A DNA stretch of 60,688 bases, from positions 1-60,688 of the forward strand of contig CAJJCG010000031.1 of assembly GCA_905182615.1 (NCBI GenBank), written 5' to 3'. The notes beneath the pieces are model-generated. The model was not told the DNA's origin and made no database searches. It worked only from the letters and a program-made list of their open reading frames with translations. The translations under genes were made by a program, and so were the position numbers. Below are positions 27,718 through 36,875 of this stretch, in pieces. This stretch comes from Alphaproteobacteria bacterium UBA2964 (GTDB taxonomy: Bacteria > Pseudomonadota > Alphaproteobacteria > MPNO01 > UBA2964). The first letter of the stretch is position 1. Each line of letters opens with the position of its first letter.

Positions 27718-29493
27718 ATGAGTGACGGCGAACCAATTCGCAAAGCCAATACCCGGTATCAATCCGACGTCATCGTCGACATGATCAAACTCTATGATTT
27801 CCCGGCGATTCCATTGAATCCGGGAGCCAGCTATCGGGGGTTACACGACAGTCTGGTCAATTACGGCGAAAATGATCCGCCGATGATCCTGTGTAATCAC
27901 GAGAAAATCGCCATCCAGATCGCTCACGGCTACACCAAGGCAACTGGTAAGCCGATGGCAGCCGCCGTTCATAACGTCGTTGGTCTGCTGCATGCGCCGC
28001 TCGCCGTTTATTACGCCTATATCGATCGCTGCCCGGTCTTCCTCATTGGTGCCACTGGCCCGATGGATGAAAAACTGCGCCGTCCGTTTATTGACTGGAT
28101 TCACACCGCTTTTGCGCAAGGGTCTGCGGTACGTGACTTCACCAAATGGGATTACCAGCCCGGCAGTGTTCACGGCATTCCAGATTCATTCGCCCGCGCT
28201 TACTCGATCATGATGACTGAACCGCAGGGTCCGGTTTATATGGTCTATGACGCTGGAATTCAGGAAGCCGAGCTAACGGAACATATCGCCATTCCGTCAG
28301 CTGATGCCGTGAAGGTTCCGCCGCGTCTTGCCGCTGATCCTAAACTGATTGATGAAGCCGCTGAAATGCTGCTAGCTGCGGATTATCCGGTTCTGTTGAC
28401 CGAATATGCTGCCCGCGCACCGATTGGTTTTGATGACACCGTCAAGCTGGCCGAGACTGTTGGCTCGCCTGTTTTCGACATCAATAAACGGCTTGGTTTC
28501 CCGAACCGCCACCCTCTTAGTGTTTCGATGCATGCGGATGCCTTTAAAGGTGCTGATTTGGTTATGGCACTGGATGTCATCGACTGGACGAAGGGCTCGC
28601 ACAAACCGAACTGGGAAACCCGTGAAGTCGAAACCATTACGACACCAGAATGTAAATGGATCGATATTGGTTTTGCCGATATCGAAATCAGCAAATGGGC
28701 CACCGATTACAACAAGCATCATAATTGGGATATGCGGATTCTGGCCGATACAGCCAATGCGATCCCCGCCCTTACCGAAGCCTGTGTCGCGCGTATTAAG
28801 GATGACGACAAGCTGGCCGCGCGCATTGTCGAGCGGACCAAGGATGTCGGCGAAAAACATACGGCGCAATGGGACAAGTGGCAGGAACAGGTCAAGGATA
28901 CCTGGGACCAAATGCCGATGCATGAAGCCCGCATGGCCACTGAAGTTTGGGAAGCCATCAAGAATGAGGACTGGGTCCTGACAGCAGGGACGTTGAAAGA
29001 CTGGGTCCGTAAGGTCTGGAACTTTGACAAACCATACCAGCACCCCGGTCGTGATCTCGGCACTGCCACCCAATTCGGTATCTCGATGGGTGTTGCGTAT
29101 GCCTATAAAGACACTGACAAGCTGGTTGTTGATCTGCAGCCCGATGGTGATTTGATGTTTGATCTCGGCGCCCTGTGGGTTGCCGCGAAATATGAAATCC
29201 CGATGCTGGTCATTATGTACAATAACCGTGCTTATTATAATGACTGGGCGCATCAGATTTCAGTTGCCAAGAAACGCGGCACTGATGAGGCCCGCGCCTA
29301 TATCGGCATGGATCTCGAAGGACCGGAACCAGACTTTGCTCATATTGCCAAAGGCATGGACTGGTACGCCGAGGGACCAATCTTCGATCCCAAGGAAATC
29401 GGCCCGGCCGTTGCGCGTGCCATTGAACAGGTCAAGAAAGGCAAACCAGCCTTGATCGATGTCATCACCTGGCGGCGCGGAGAAGCGGCGTAG
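27718..29493 (+). CDS. ThDP-dependent enzyme, atypical subfamily (member E)
   Basis: 591 aa. NPGASYRGLHDSLVNY, HEKIAIQIAHGY, RRPFIDWIHT, PDGDLMFD...YNNRAYYND. Confidence 0.8.
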   Translation: MSDGEPIRKANTRYQSDVIVDMIKLYDFPAIPLNPGASYRGLHDSLVNYGENDPPMILCNHEKIAIQIAHGYTKATGKPMAAAVHNVVGLLHAPLAVYYAYIDRCPVFLIGATGPMDEKLRRPFIDWIHTAFAQGSAVRDFTKWDYQPGSVHGIPDSFARAYSIMMTEPQGPVYMVYDAGIQEAELTEHIAIPSADAVKVPPRLAADPKLIDEAAEMLLAADYPVLLTEYAARAPIGFDDTVKLAETVGSPVFDINKRLGFPNRHPLSVSMHADAFKGADLVMALDVIDWTKGSHKPNWETREVETITTPECKWIDIGFADIEISKWATDYNKHHNWDMRILADTANAIPALTEACVARIKDDDKLAARIVERTKDVGEKHTAQWDKWQEQVKDTWDQMPMHEARMATEVWEAIKNEDWVLTAGTLKDWVRKVWNFDKPYQHPGRDLGTATQFGISMGVAYAYKDTDKLVVDLQPDGDLMFDLGALWVAAKYEIPMLVIMYNNRAYYNDWAHQISVAKKRGTDEARAYIGMDLEGPEPDFAHIAKGMDWYAEGPIFDPKEIGPAVARAIEQVKKGKPALIDVITWRRGEAA

Positions 29494-29566
29494 CGATATT
29501 CTCGCTGTTGGGATAGAATAATCACGCGTTGAGTGTGCGTCCGATTAACCACGGAGGACTTCAGCC

Positions 29567-30409
29567 ATGATGATCCAGAATGCGCCAGACGGCGAACCCC
29601 GCTTTGTCAGCCTGATGGCCGAGCATAACGAACTGTGCGAACAGTTTGCTCGCGCCTTTGGCAATGAACGGTTTGAAAAGCCCGAGCCTTTCGAGGAAAC
29701 CGTTTATGTCATCGGGCATCATGACCGCGGCTGGGACAAATTCGACGCAAGCCCTGTGCTCGATCCTATCAGTGGTTTTCCGACAGGTGTTGGCGGCGCT
29801 AAAGGGCCCGGCGGCGCGGCGACGACCAAGCTGTCACCGGATTTCAATCAGGCACGCCACGATTATTGCGGGTTGCTGGCCTCAATGCATACATGGGGGC
29901 TGTACCACGCGCGCTATGGCTTTTCGGATTTTCGGGTACGGCCAGGCGGATCGACATCCGTACCAATTGCAAAAGAAATGACCGGGGAAACCAACGAAAT
30001 CCTTACTCGGGAAATCGCCAGGCAGGAGGAATTGAAGGCCAAACTCGCGTCAGATGCTGCGACGGCTAGTTGGATCAAGGAAGACAACCTCTTCCGCAAT
30101 TACAAGCTCCTCCAGTTCTGTGATACGCTGGCGCTTTATTTCAACCTGCGCCACGAAAATGACCGCGCGGTTGAAGTGTTCACCCATGTGCCGGAGAACA
30201 CAGCCAGTGACACCTCGGTGACGGTAACACCGCAGGGCGAGGGGACTTATTCCTTTGCACCGTTCCCGTTTGCCGGTGACAGTCTCGAAATTCGTTCAAA
30301 GGGCCGTTATTTGACCGCTATGCCCGGCGATGCCGCGCCAAGTGATCTCGGGGTCCATATCGCGGGTCTTCCGGCTCAAGAACAGGTTTTTACCTTTGTC
30401 GGCGCATAA
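29567..30409 (+). CDS. DUF3891-like protein (HD-like motif)
   Basis: 280 aa. GGAGGA precedes the start. IGHHDRGWDKFD resembles the H-D-x-G-W core I recall for DUF3891. Weak call. Confidence 0.4.
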   Translation: MMIQNAPDGEPRFVSLMAEHNELCEQFARAFGNERFEKPEPFEETVYVIGHHDRGWDKFDASPVLDPISGFPTGVGGAKGPGGAATTKLSPDFNQARHDYCGLLASMHTWGLYHARYGFSDFRVRPGGSTSVPIAKEMTGETNEILTREIARQEELKAKLASDAATASWIKEDNLFRNYKLLQFCDTLALYFNLRHENDRAVEVFTHVPENTASDTSVTVTPQGEGTYSFAPFPFAGDSLEIRSKGRYLTAMPGDAAPSDLGVHIAGLPAQEQVFTFVGA

Positions 30410-30524
30410 AACAGCTACCTTTTAGTGCGTTAAAATTTTTGGTGCGGTTGGACTAGCCCCACCTGCGCCCGGCTGCTAATTTCTGTCGACATATTTTCAC
30501 GGCTTAAAAGATAGGGGACAGCTC

Positions 30525-32309
30525 ATGAGCGAGGGCGGCATCAAAAAATCAAACGTCAAATACAATTCCGACGTTATCGTCGACCTGATCAAGGATTTCG
30601 GATTCAAACATATCGCCTTGAATCCCGGCGCCAGCTATCGCGGGCTCCATGACAGCTTGGTCAATTACGGTGAAAACGACCCACCGATGATGCTCTGTAC
30701 CCACGAGAAAATCGCGGTTCAGATGGCGCATGGCTATGCCCGAGCCACCGGTGAGCCGATGATTGCCATTGTTCATAACCTAGTTGGGCTGCTGCATGCG
30801 CCGATGGGTGTCTATTATGCCTATCTCGACCGCGCGCCGGTCTTCATCATGGGGGCTACTGGCCCGGTGGCAGAGCCCAAGCGCCGCCCGTACATTGACT
30901 GGATTCATTCCGCAAACGTACAGGGTCAAATCCTGCGCGATTTCGTCAAATGGGATGCTCAGCCCAATACCATCGATTACGTGCCGGATGCTTTTGCCCG
31001 CGCCTATTCGGTCATGATGACCGCGCGTCAGGGGCCTATCTATATGTGCTATGACGCTGGCTTGCAGGAAGCCGAGCTCGATCACGAAATTAAAATGCCG
31101 CCAAAAACCGCTGCGCGAGTTCCGGCACAACCCGCACCTGACCCGACGGCGCTCGGCGAGGCTGCGGAAATGCTGGCCAACGCCGAACGTCCGGCCATTG
31201 TTGCCGATTTCGCCGCCCGCCCGCCGCATGGCTGGGATCATGTTATCGAAATCGCTGAAACACTGGGCGCCAGTGTCTGGGATGTGAATTCACGTCTCAA
31301 TTTCCCAGGTAATCATCCGCTGAACCTGTCGATGGATCAGGAGGCTTGTTACGAGGATGTCGATTGCGTGCTGCTGCTTGATGTTGCCGATTTTGAGAAA
31401 CACACCCATGTGCGGGATATTTCAACCCGCAGCGTAAAGCCGTCGGTTAAAGAGGACGCTAAATGGATCGACATCGGCTGGACCGATACAGAGATCAGTA
31501 AATGGACGATGGATTATTCGCGGACGCTGTTCCCTGATATCCGGATGACTGCAGACGTGGTCACCGCCACGCCGATGCTCACCGAGCTGATGAAAGGACA
31601 TATCGCCAACACCGATGGTCTGGCAGAAAAGATTGTCAAGCGCACCAAGTTGATCGGCGAGAAGCATCACAAGATTCGTGCGGACTGGCGCAAAGAGGCC
31701 GAAGAAGATTGGGACTCGCAGCCGATGACGGTTGGTCGTCTCGCGCTCGAAACCTGGGAAGTTATCAAAGACGAAGATTGGGTCCTCACGGCTGGCACAA
31801 TGCATGATGCCGCGCGTCGCTTGTGGGACTTCGACCGGCCTTACTGTCATGGCGGGCGAGAGCTCGGCACGGGCACACAGATCGGCACCTCTCTTGGTGT
31901 CGCGCTGGCCAATAAAGGCACCGGACGTCTTTGTATAAATATGCAGCCCGATGGCGATCTGATGTTTGATGCTGGCGCTCTGTGGATGGCGGCCAAGTAC
32001 GAAATCCCGATGTTGATCGTGATGTACAACAACCGCGCCTATTACAACGACTGGAACCATCAGATCGTAATCGCCAAGAACCGTGGTACTGACCCCGAGC
32101 GTGCCTATATCGGGATGGACCTGCTTGATCCTGATCCCGATTTTGCCGGCCTTGCACGTTCGCAGGGCTGGTGGGCAGAAGGTCCGATTGAGAACGGTGA
32201 CGATGTTCAAGCGGCATTACGACGGGCCATCGAACAGGTCAAAAAGGGCAAGCCCGCTCTGGTTGATACGGTCTGCATGCGTGGGAAGGGCAAAGCGGCT
32301 CTGACGTAA
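30525..32309 (+). CDS. ThDP-dependent enzyme, atypical subfamily (member F, paralogue of E)
   Basis: 594 aa, colinear with member E. NPGASYRGLHDSLVNY, RRPYIDWIHS, PDGDLMFD...YNNRAYYND. Confidence 0.8.
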   Translation: MSEGGIKKSNVKYNSDVIVDLIKDFGFKHIALNPGASYRGLHDSLVNYGENDPPMMLCTHEKIAVQMAHGYARATGEPMIAIVHNLVGLLHAPMGVYYAYLDRAPVFIMGATGPVAEPKRRPYIDWIHSANVQGQILRDFVKWDAQPNTIDYVPDAFARAYSVMMTARQGPIYMCYDAGLQEAELDHEIKMPPKTAARVPAQPAPDPTALGEAAEMLANAERPAIVADFAARPPHGWDHVIEIAETLGASVWDVNSRLNFPGNHPLNLSMDQEACYEDVDCVLLLDVADFEKHTHVRDISTRSVKPSVKEDAKWIDIGWTDTEISKWTMDYSRTLFPDIRMTADVVTATPMLTELMKGHIANTDGLAEKIVKRTKLIGEKHHKIRADWRKEAEEDWDSQPMTVGRLALETWEVIKDEDWVLTAGTMHDAARRLWDFDRPYCHGGRELGTGTQIGTSLGVALANKGTGRLCINMQPDGDLMFDAGALWMAAKYEIPMLIVMYNNRAYYNDWNHQIVIAKNRGTDPERAYIGMDLLDPDPDFAGLARSQGWWAEGPIENGDDVQAALRRAIEQVKKGKPALVDTVCMRGKGKAALT

Positions 32310-32330
32310 GACCGTCAGTAGCGACCAAAT

Positions 32331-32362
32331 AAAAAGGGCGGGAATTGAACCCCGGCTTTTTT
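32331..32362 (+). terminator. candidate intrinsic (bidirectional-looking) terminator
   Basis: AAAAAGGGCGGG-AATTGAAC-CCCGGCTTTTTT forms a G/C stem with one mismatch, flanked by an A-run and a T6 run, 22 nt after the member F stop. Confidence 0.4.
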
Positions 32363-32483
32363 CAAAATAATAACGCCCGATAATCCCGTCGTCACGGGCT
32401 AGCCTCTTTCTTTCCGGGGCTGTGGCGAATATTATCACGCCAGCGCCGGTTAGCCGGCATAGGCATTTGTTTGGAGCAAAACT

Positions 32484-34820
32484 ATGGTTGAGAAGTTTGG
32501 TGTTGGGCAGCCGGTCCCGCGTTTTGAGGACCCCCGTCTTTTAACGGGTGGTGGCCGCTATATGGATGATAACCAAATGCCAAATGAGACTCGTGCCTAT
32601 ATTCTGCGCTCGCCTTACGCCCACGCTAAAATCCTGTCGATGGATTTGACTGCCGCCAAAGCGGCACCGGGTGTTGTCGAGATTTTGACCGGTCAGGATT
32701 ACATTAATGATGGGCATGGCGCGCTTAAATGCTCGCCGGTCCAGAAGCAGCGCGATGGCTCACGGATGTTTGAGCCCGATAACCCGCCGCTGATCGATAA
32801 TGAAGTCAAAATGGTTGGCGATTACGTCGCGTTAATTATCGCCGAGACCATCGATCAGGCGAAAGATGCCGCCGAGCTGATCGAAGTGGATTACGAGGCA
32901 CTGCCATCAGTGTCTTTACCCTTTCCAGCATCGCAAGCTGATGCGCCAAAAGTCTGGGCCGATCACGACAGCAATATTTGCTTTGTTCACACAGTGGGCG
33001 ACAAATCGGCAACCGATGCAGCTTTTGATCGGGCCGCGACGATTGCCGGTGGCGAACTACCGGTAAACCGTAGCGCCCATGTCACGATGGAGCCGCGCGG
33101 TGCCATTGGCGATTACAACCAGGGCTCGGGGATGCTGACGCTGTATACCGGCGTGCATTATCCTTGGCAGTTGCGCGAAGAACTTGCGAGCAAAATTTTC
33201 GATATGCCGGAAACCAAAGTCCGCGTTGTTGCAGGTGATATGGGTGGCAGCTTTGGTCTGCGTGGCGGAACCTATCGCGAGCATGTGCTGGTGTCCTGGG
33301 CTGCCTTGCGCATCGGGCGCCCGGTCAAATGGGTCTGCGAACGCTCCGAAGGATTTATGAGCGATCATCAGGGTCGTGACGTTTACTGGGATGCTGAAAT
33401 TGCATTGGATGAAAACGGAAAATTCCTTGCTGTCCGTGCCACCAGCTTTGCTAATGTTGGTGCTTATCTGGCGAGTAAAGGCACGCTGCCGCCAATTGCC
33501 AACCTTGGCACCATGGCAGGGACTTACGATATTCCAGCGATGTATGTTGATGTCTCGGCGGTTTTTACCAATACCAACCCTATTTGCCCATTCCGCGGCA
33601 ATGGCCGTCCGGAAGCATCCTATGTCATCGAGCGGTTGATCGATCTCGCAGCAGATGAAACCGGCATAGATCCGGCTGAACTGCGGCGTATCAACCAAAT
33701 TCCTCCAGAAGCCATCCCATATAAAACGGCGCTTACCTTTACCTATGACAGTGGTAATTTTGGCGACAATCTCGAGAAGACTTTGAAGATGGTCGATTAT
33801 GACGGTTTTCCCGCGCGCCGCGAACAATCCCGAGCCAACGGTATGCTTCGAGGCATTGGTATTTCTAACAGTATCGAACGCGCCGCTGCAGCCAGTATTG
33901 AGCAGGTAGAAATCCGGTTTAATCCGGGTGGTACGGCAACGCTTTTTGCAGGCACCAGCCAGCAAGGGCAGGGGCATGAGACAATCTATAAGCAAATTAT
34001 GTGTGAGAAGCTTGGCCTTGACCCCTATGAGGTCGGTTTCAATGAAGGCGATACCTCTATCCTCGCTTTTGGCGGTGGTACGGGTGGGTCTCGTTCGGCG
34101 ACTCTTGGCGGTAGTGCAGTTCTGGGCTGCTCTGACAAGATCATTGAAAAGGCGACTAAGTTGGCGGCACATCTTCTGGAAGCGGCGGATGCCGATATTG
34201 AGTTCGCCGACGGCACTTTCGTCGTCGCCGGAACCGACAAGACAATTAGTCTGACCGAAGTCGCGCAGGCCAGTTACAAGCCAGGTCGTACGCCTGTTGA
34301 TATGGAACCTGGTCTTGGATCGGTCTTCACCTATGAAGCCGCCAAAGAGAATTTCCCCAATGGTTGTCATGCTTGTGAGATGGAGATCGACCCCGAAACT
34401 GGCGTGACCGAGATCGTCAGCTACAAGGTTGTTGATGATGTTGGCACGGTGCTGAACCCGCTGACACTCAAAGGGCAGATCATGGGTGGTGTTGCTCATG
34501 GTATCGGGCAGGCCTTACTCGAGGAAATTCAATTTGATGCCGATAGTGGCCAGCTTATTACCGGCTCCTTTATGGATTACACGATGCCGCGCGCTGACAA
34601 TATGAGCTACATCGATGTTGTGAGTAACCCATGCCCGACAGCCACAAACCCTCTGGGCTGCAAAGGGGCAGGCGAGGCTGGAACCGTTGGTGCCGTGCCG
34701 TGTGTCATGAACTCGGTTGTCGATGCACTATCAGAGTATGGCATTCGTCATATCGACATGCCGGCAACGCCTGCCAAAATTTGGGCAGCCATCGAAGCAG
34801 CAAAGAAAGCGGCGGCGTAA
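32484..34820 (+). CDS. xanthine dehydrogenase/aldehyde oxidase family molybdopterin-binding large subunit (CoxL/XdhB-like)
   Basis: 778 aa. N-terminal RFEDPRLLTGGGRYMDD and overall size and architecture are typical of this family. Confidence 0.8.
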   Translation: MVEKFGVGQPVPRFEDPRLLTGGGRYMDDNQMPNETRAYILRSPYAHAKILSMDLTAAKAAPGVVEILTGQDYINDGHGALKCSPVQKQRDGSRMFEPDNPPLIDNEVKMVGDYVALIIAETIDQAKDAAELIEVDYEALPSVSLPFPASQADAPKVWADHDSNICFVHTVGDKSATDAAFDRAATIAGGELPVNRSAHVTMEPRGAIGDYNQGSGMLTLYTGVHYPWQLREELASKIFDMPETKVRVVAGDMGGSFGLRGGTYREHVLVSWAALRIGRPVKWVCERSEGFMSDHQGRDVYWDAEIALDENGKFLAVRATSFANVGAYLASKGTLPPIANLGTMAGTYDIPAMYVDVSAVFTNTNPICPFRGNGRPEASYVIERLIDLAADETGIDPAELRRINQIPPEAIPYKTALTFTYDSGNFGDNLEKTLKMVDYDGFPARREQSRANGMLRGIGISNSIERAAAASIEQVEIRFNPGGTATLFAGTSQQGQGHETIYKQIMCEKLGLDPYEVGFNEGDTSILAFGGGTGGSRSATLGGSAVLGCSDKIIEKATKLAAHLLEAADADIEFADGTFVVAGTDKTISLTEVAQASYKPGRTPVDMEPGLGSVFTYEAAKENFPNGCHACEMEIDPETGVTEIVSYKVVDDVGTVLNPLTLKGQIMGGVAHGIGQALLEEIQFDADSGQLITGSFMDYTMPRADNMSYIDVVSNPCPTATNPLGCKGAGEAGTVGAVPCVMNSVVDALSEYGIRHIDMPATPAKIWAAIEAAKKAAA

Positions 34821-34829
34821 GTATCTTCT

Positions 34830-35753
34830 ATGCCGATAGAAAAATCAGTTTCTATCGGCGAGGGTGGAGATGCTCTTTTTGGAACGCTGATGCTTCCTGA
34901 CGGGAAGAGCCGTTTTGATGCGGTTTTGATCTGGTCGGGATCTGGTCCTACTGACCGTGACGGCAATTTACCGGGTCACATAAACAACTGTCTTAAGATG
35001 GTAGCGCATCAGCTAGCTGATGCTGGCTATGCCTCGATCCGCACGGACAAGCGTGGCATTGGGGAAAGCGAAAATGCTGTCGCTGATGAAACGGAATTGC
35101 GTTTTGAGGCATTTGTTGATGATGCCCTTGTCTGGGCGCAAATCTTGAAAGAGGTGCGGGGTGTTCGCCATGTGTTTCTCCTCGGCCATAGCGAGGGGGC
35201 GTTGACTACCATGCTGGTCGCGCGAGATTTCGATGCGGCTGGCATGATCCTTATTGAAGGAACAGGGTTTCGGGCGAGTGATGTTTTGCGGCGGCAGCTA
35301 TCTGCCCCCGATATCAATATTCCAAAATATTTGGTGTCAGAAATTAGCGAAATTTTGGATAGCCTGGATGGAGGGACCCTTGTTGCAGAATTTTCAGCTG
35401 AACTTGAAGGACAATACAGGGAAAGTATCCAGCCCTATCTGATCTCGTGGTTCAAATATGATCCGCAGGAGGAATTGGCGAAGACAAAACTGCCGGTGAT
35501 GGTTATCCAGGGCACGACTGATTTTCAGGTTTTGATAGAAGAAGGTGAGCGCTTGGCGGCAGCGCGCGGCGATATTAAATATCTTCAAATCAATGGTATG
35601 AACCAAGTGCTGAAAGATGCCCCAAAGCACAGGGCGTCAAACTACGCGACCTATGGCAAACCACTACTCAAACTGGCTGTTCCGTTAATGCCGACGATTA
35701 TTGAATTCCTCGATGAACAAGCGCGATCCGCCAGCGTGGCGAATGACCGCTGA
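34830..35753 (+). CDS. alpha/beta hydrolase
   Basis: 307 aa. GHSEGA nucleophile elbow (GxSxG) in the expected position. Confidence 0.65.
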   Translation: MPIEKSVSIGEGGDALFGTLMLPDGKSRFDAVLIWSGSGPTDRDGNLPGHINNCLKMVAHQLADAGYASIRTDKRGIGESENAVADETELRFEAFVDDALVWAQILKEVRGVRHVFLLGHSEGALTTMLVARDFDAAGMILIEGTGFRASDVLRRQLSAPDINIPKYLVSEISEILDSLDGGTLVAEFSAELEGQYRESIQPYLISWFKYDPQEELAKTKLPVMVIQGTTDFQVLIEEGERLAAARGDIKYLQINGMNQVLKDAPKHRASNYATYGKPLLKLAVPLMPTIIEFLDEQARSASVANDR

Positions 35754-36839
35754 TTAGCCGACTTTACCACCCGGCAGATGCGGGAATGCAGAATGTTCAT
35801 GCGGCAGGGTTACCGGCATTGCTTCAGTGACGCTCGCGGAGGAGAGTTCATCCAGCGACGTAACGCCAATAAGCCCCATCGTAGTGTTGATTTCCCGCTC
35901 CAACAGTTCCAAACAGCGAACGAGGCCTTCAGCACCTCCGGCTCCTAGCGCATAGGCTTGCAGGCGGCCAATACCGACGGCTTTTGCGCCAAGGATCAAT
36001 GCTTTGACGATGTCTGTCCCACGGGTGAAACCACCATCGATAAAGACTTGGGCCTTACCATCAACTGCCTCAACGACTTCAGGCAGCATCTGGATATTTC
36101 CGAGGACGTGATCAAGCTGGCGACCGCCATGGTTTGAGATATAGATACCCTGCACACCGTGTTCGACGGCGAGGGCAGCATCTTCAGCGGTCATGATACC
36201 CTTCAGGATCAGCGGGATATCGCCGATCTCATCCTGGATCAACTTTACGGTTTCCCAGGTGATTTTCTTTTGCCATTCGCGTGCGGCCACACGGCGAAGG
36301 GCGAGCTGTGCCGGATTGAGCCGTTCGCGATTGCCATAAAACGCTGAGTCTACCGTGAGCGTCACCGAGGCATAGTTGGCTTTGACCACGCGGCGGACTA
36401 AATCTTTGATCCAATCGTCATCACCGCGCACATAAATCTGGAAAGATTTCGGATGAGGGCTGTTGTCGGCTACTTCTTCAAGGCTGGGTTGGCAGACCGT
36501 TGAGAGGAAATTGACGCTGCCAAACTCTTCCGCAGCATTGTCGACGTCGATGCCGCCATTGGCTGAGAACCGTTCGATTCCGCCCATCGGGGCGAGGAGA
36601 ACCGGAATACGCAGCTTGTGTCCGAAGAAATCTGTTTCGGTATCGATCTCGCTGACATCGCGACAGATGCGGGGGCGGAAGGCGAGACAATCGAGCGCCA
36701 TACGGTTACGCCGGAGCGATGTCTCACTTTCGGCAGCACCACAAATATAATCCCAGTTATCCTGATCGAGATTGCGTCGGGCCATCATGATCATATCGTG
36801 TGTGGTTTCAAAAATGGCGTCACTCATTGTGTTCTCCAT
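35754..36839 (-). CDS. FMN-dependent alpha-hydroxy-acid oxidase/dehydrogenase, copy 2
   Basis: 361 aa. SNHGGRQLD signature. Confidence 0.85.
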   Translation of the reverse strand: MENTMSDAIFETTHDMIMMARRNLDQDNWDYICGAAESETSLRRNRMALDCLAFRPRICRDVSEIDTETDFFGHKLRIPVLLAPMGGIERFSANGGIDVDNAAEEFGSVNFLSTVCQPSLEEVADNSPHPKSFQIYVRGDDDWIKDLVRRVVKANYASVTLTVDSAFYGNRERLNPAQLALRRVAAREWQKKITWETVKLIQDEIGDIPLILKGIMTAEDAALAVEHGVQGIYISNHGGRQLDHVLGNIQMLPEVVEAVDGKAQVFIDGGFTRGTDIVKALILGAKAVGIGRLQAYALGAGGAEGLVRCLELLEREINTTMGLIGVTSLDELSSASVTEAMPVTLPHEHSAFPHLPGGKVG

Positions 36840-36875
36840 CCGTCTGGTATGTTGGAATAAGTTTGTTTCAAGCGG

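Noticed and set aside
28372-32210. Long antisense ORFs (28372..29253 and 31422..32210) inside ThDP members E and F that resemble each other
   Set aside because: Their similarity simply mirrors the paralogy of the sense genes. They have no independent motifs, starts or RBS support.
32336-32356. tRNA T-arm-like string (minus strand GGGGTTCAATTCCCG) that could mark a tRNA fragment or att site
   Set aside because: The stem does not pair as a 5-bp T-stem, and there is no acceptor, anticodon or D-arm context. It is better explained as a terminator hairpin flanked by A and T runs.
33057-34499. 480-aa minus-strand ORF inside the molybdo-hydroxylase gene
   Set aside because: It lies entirely antisense within a confidently called 778-aa gene, shows no family resemblance, and is a shadow ORF.
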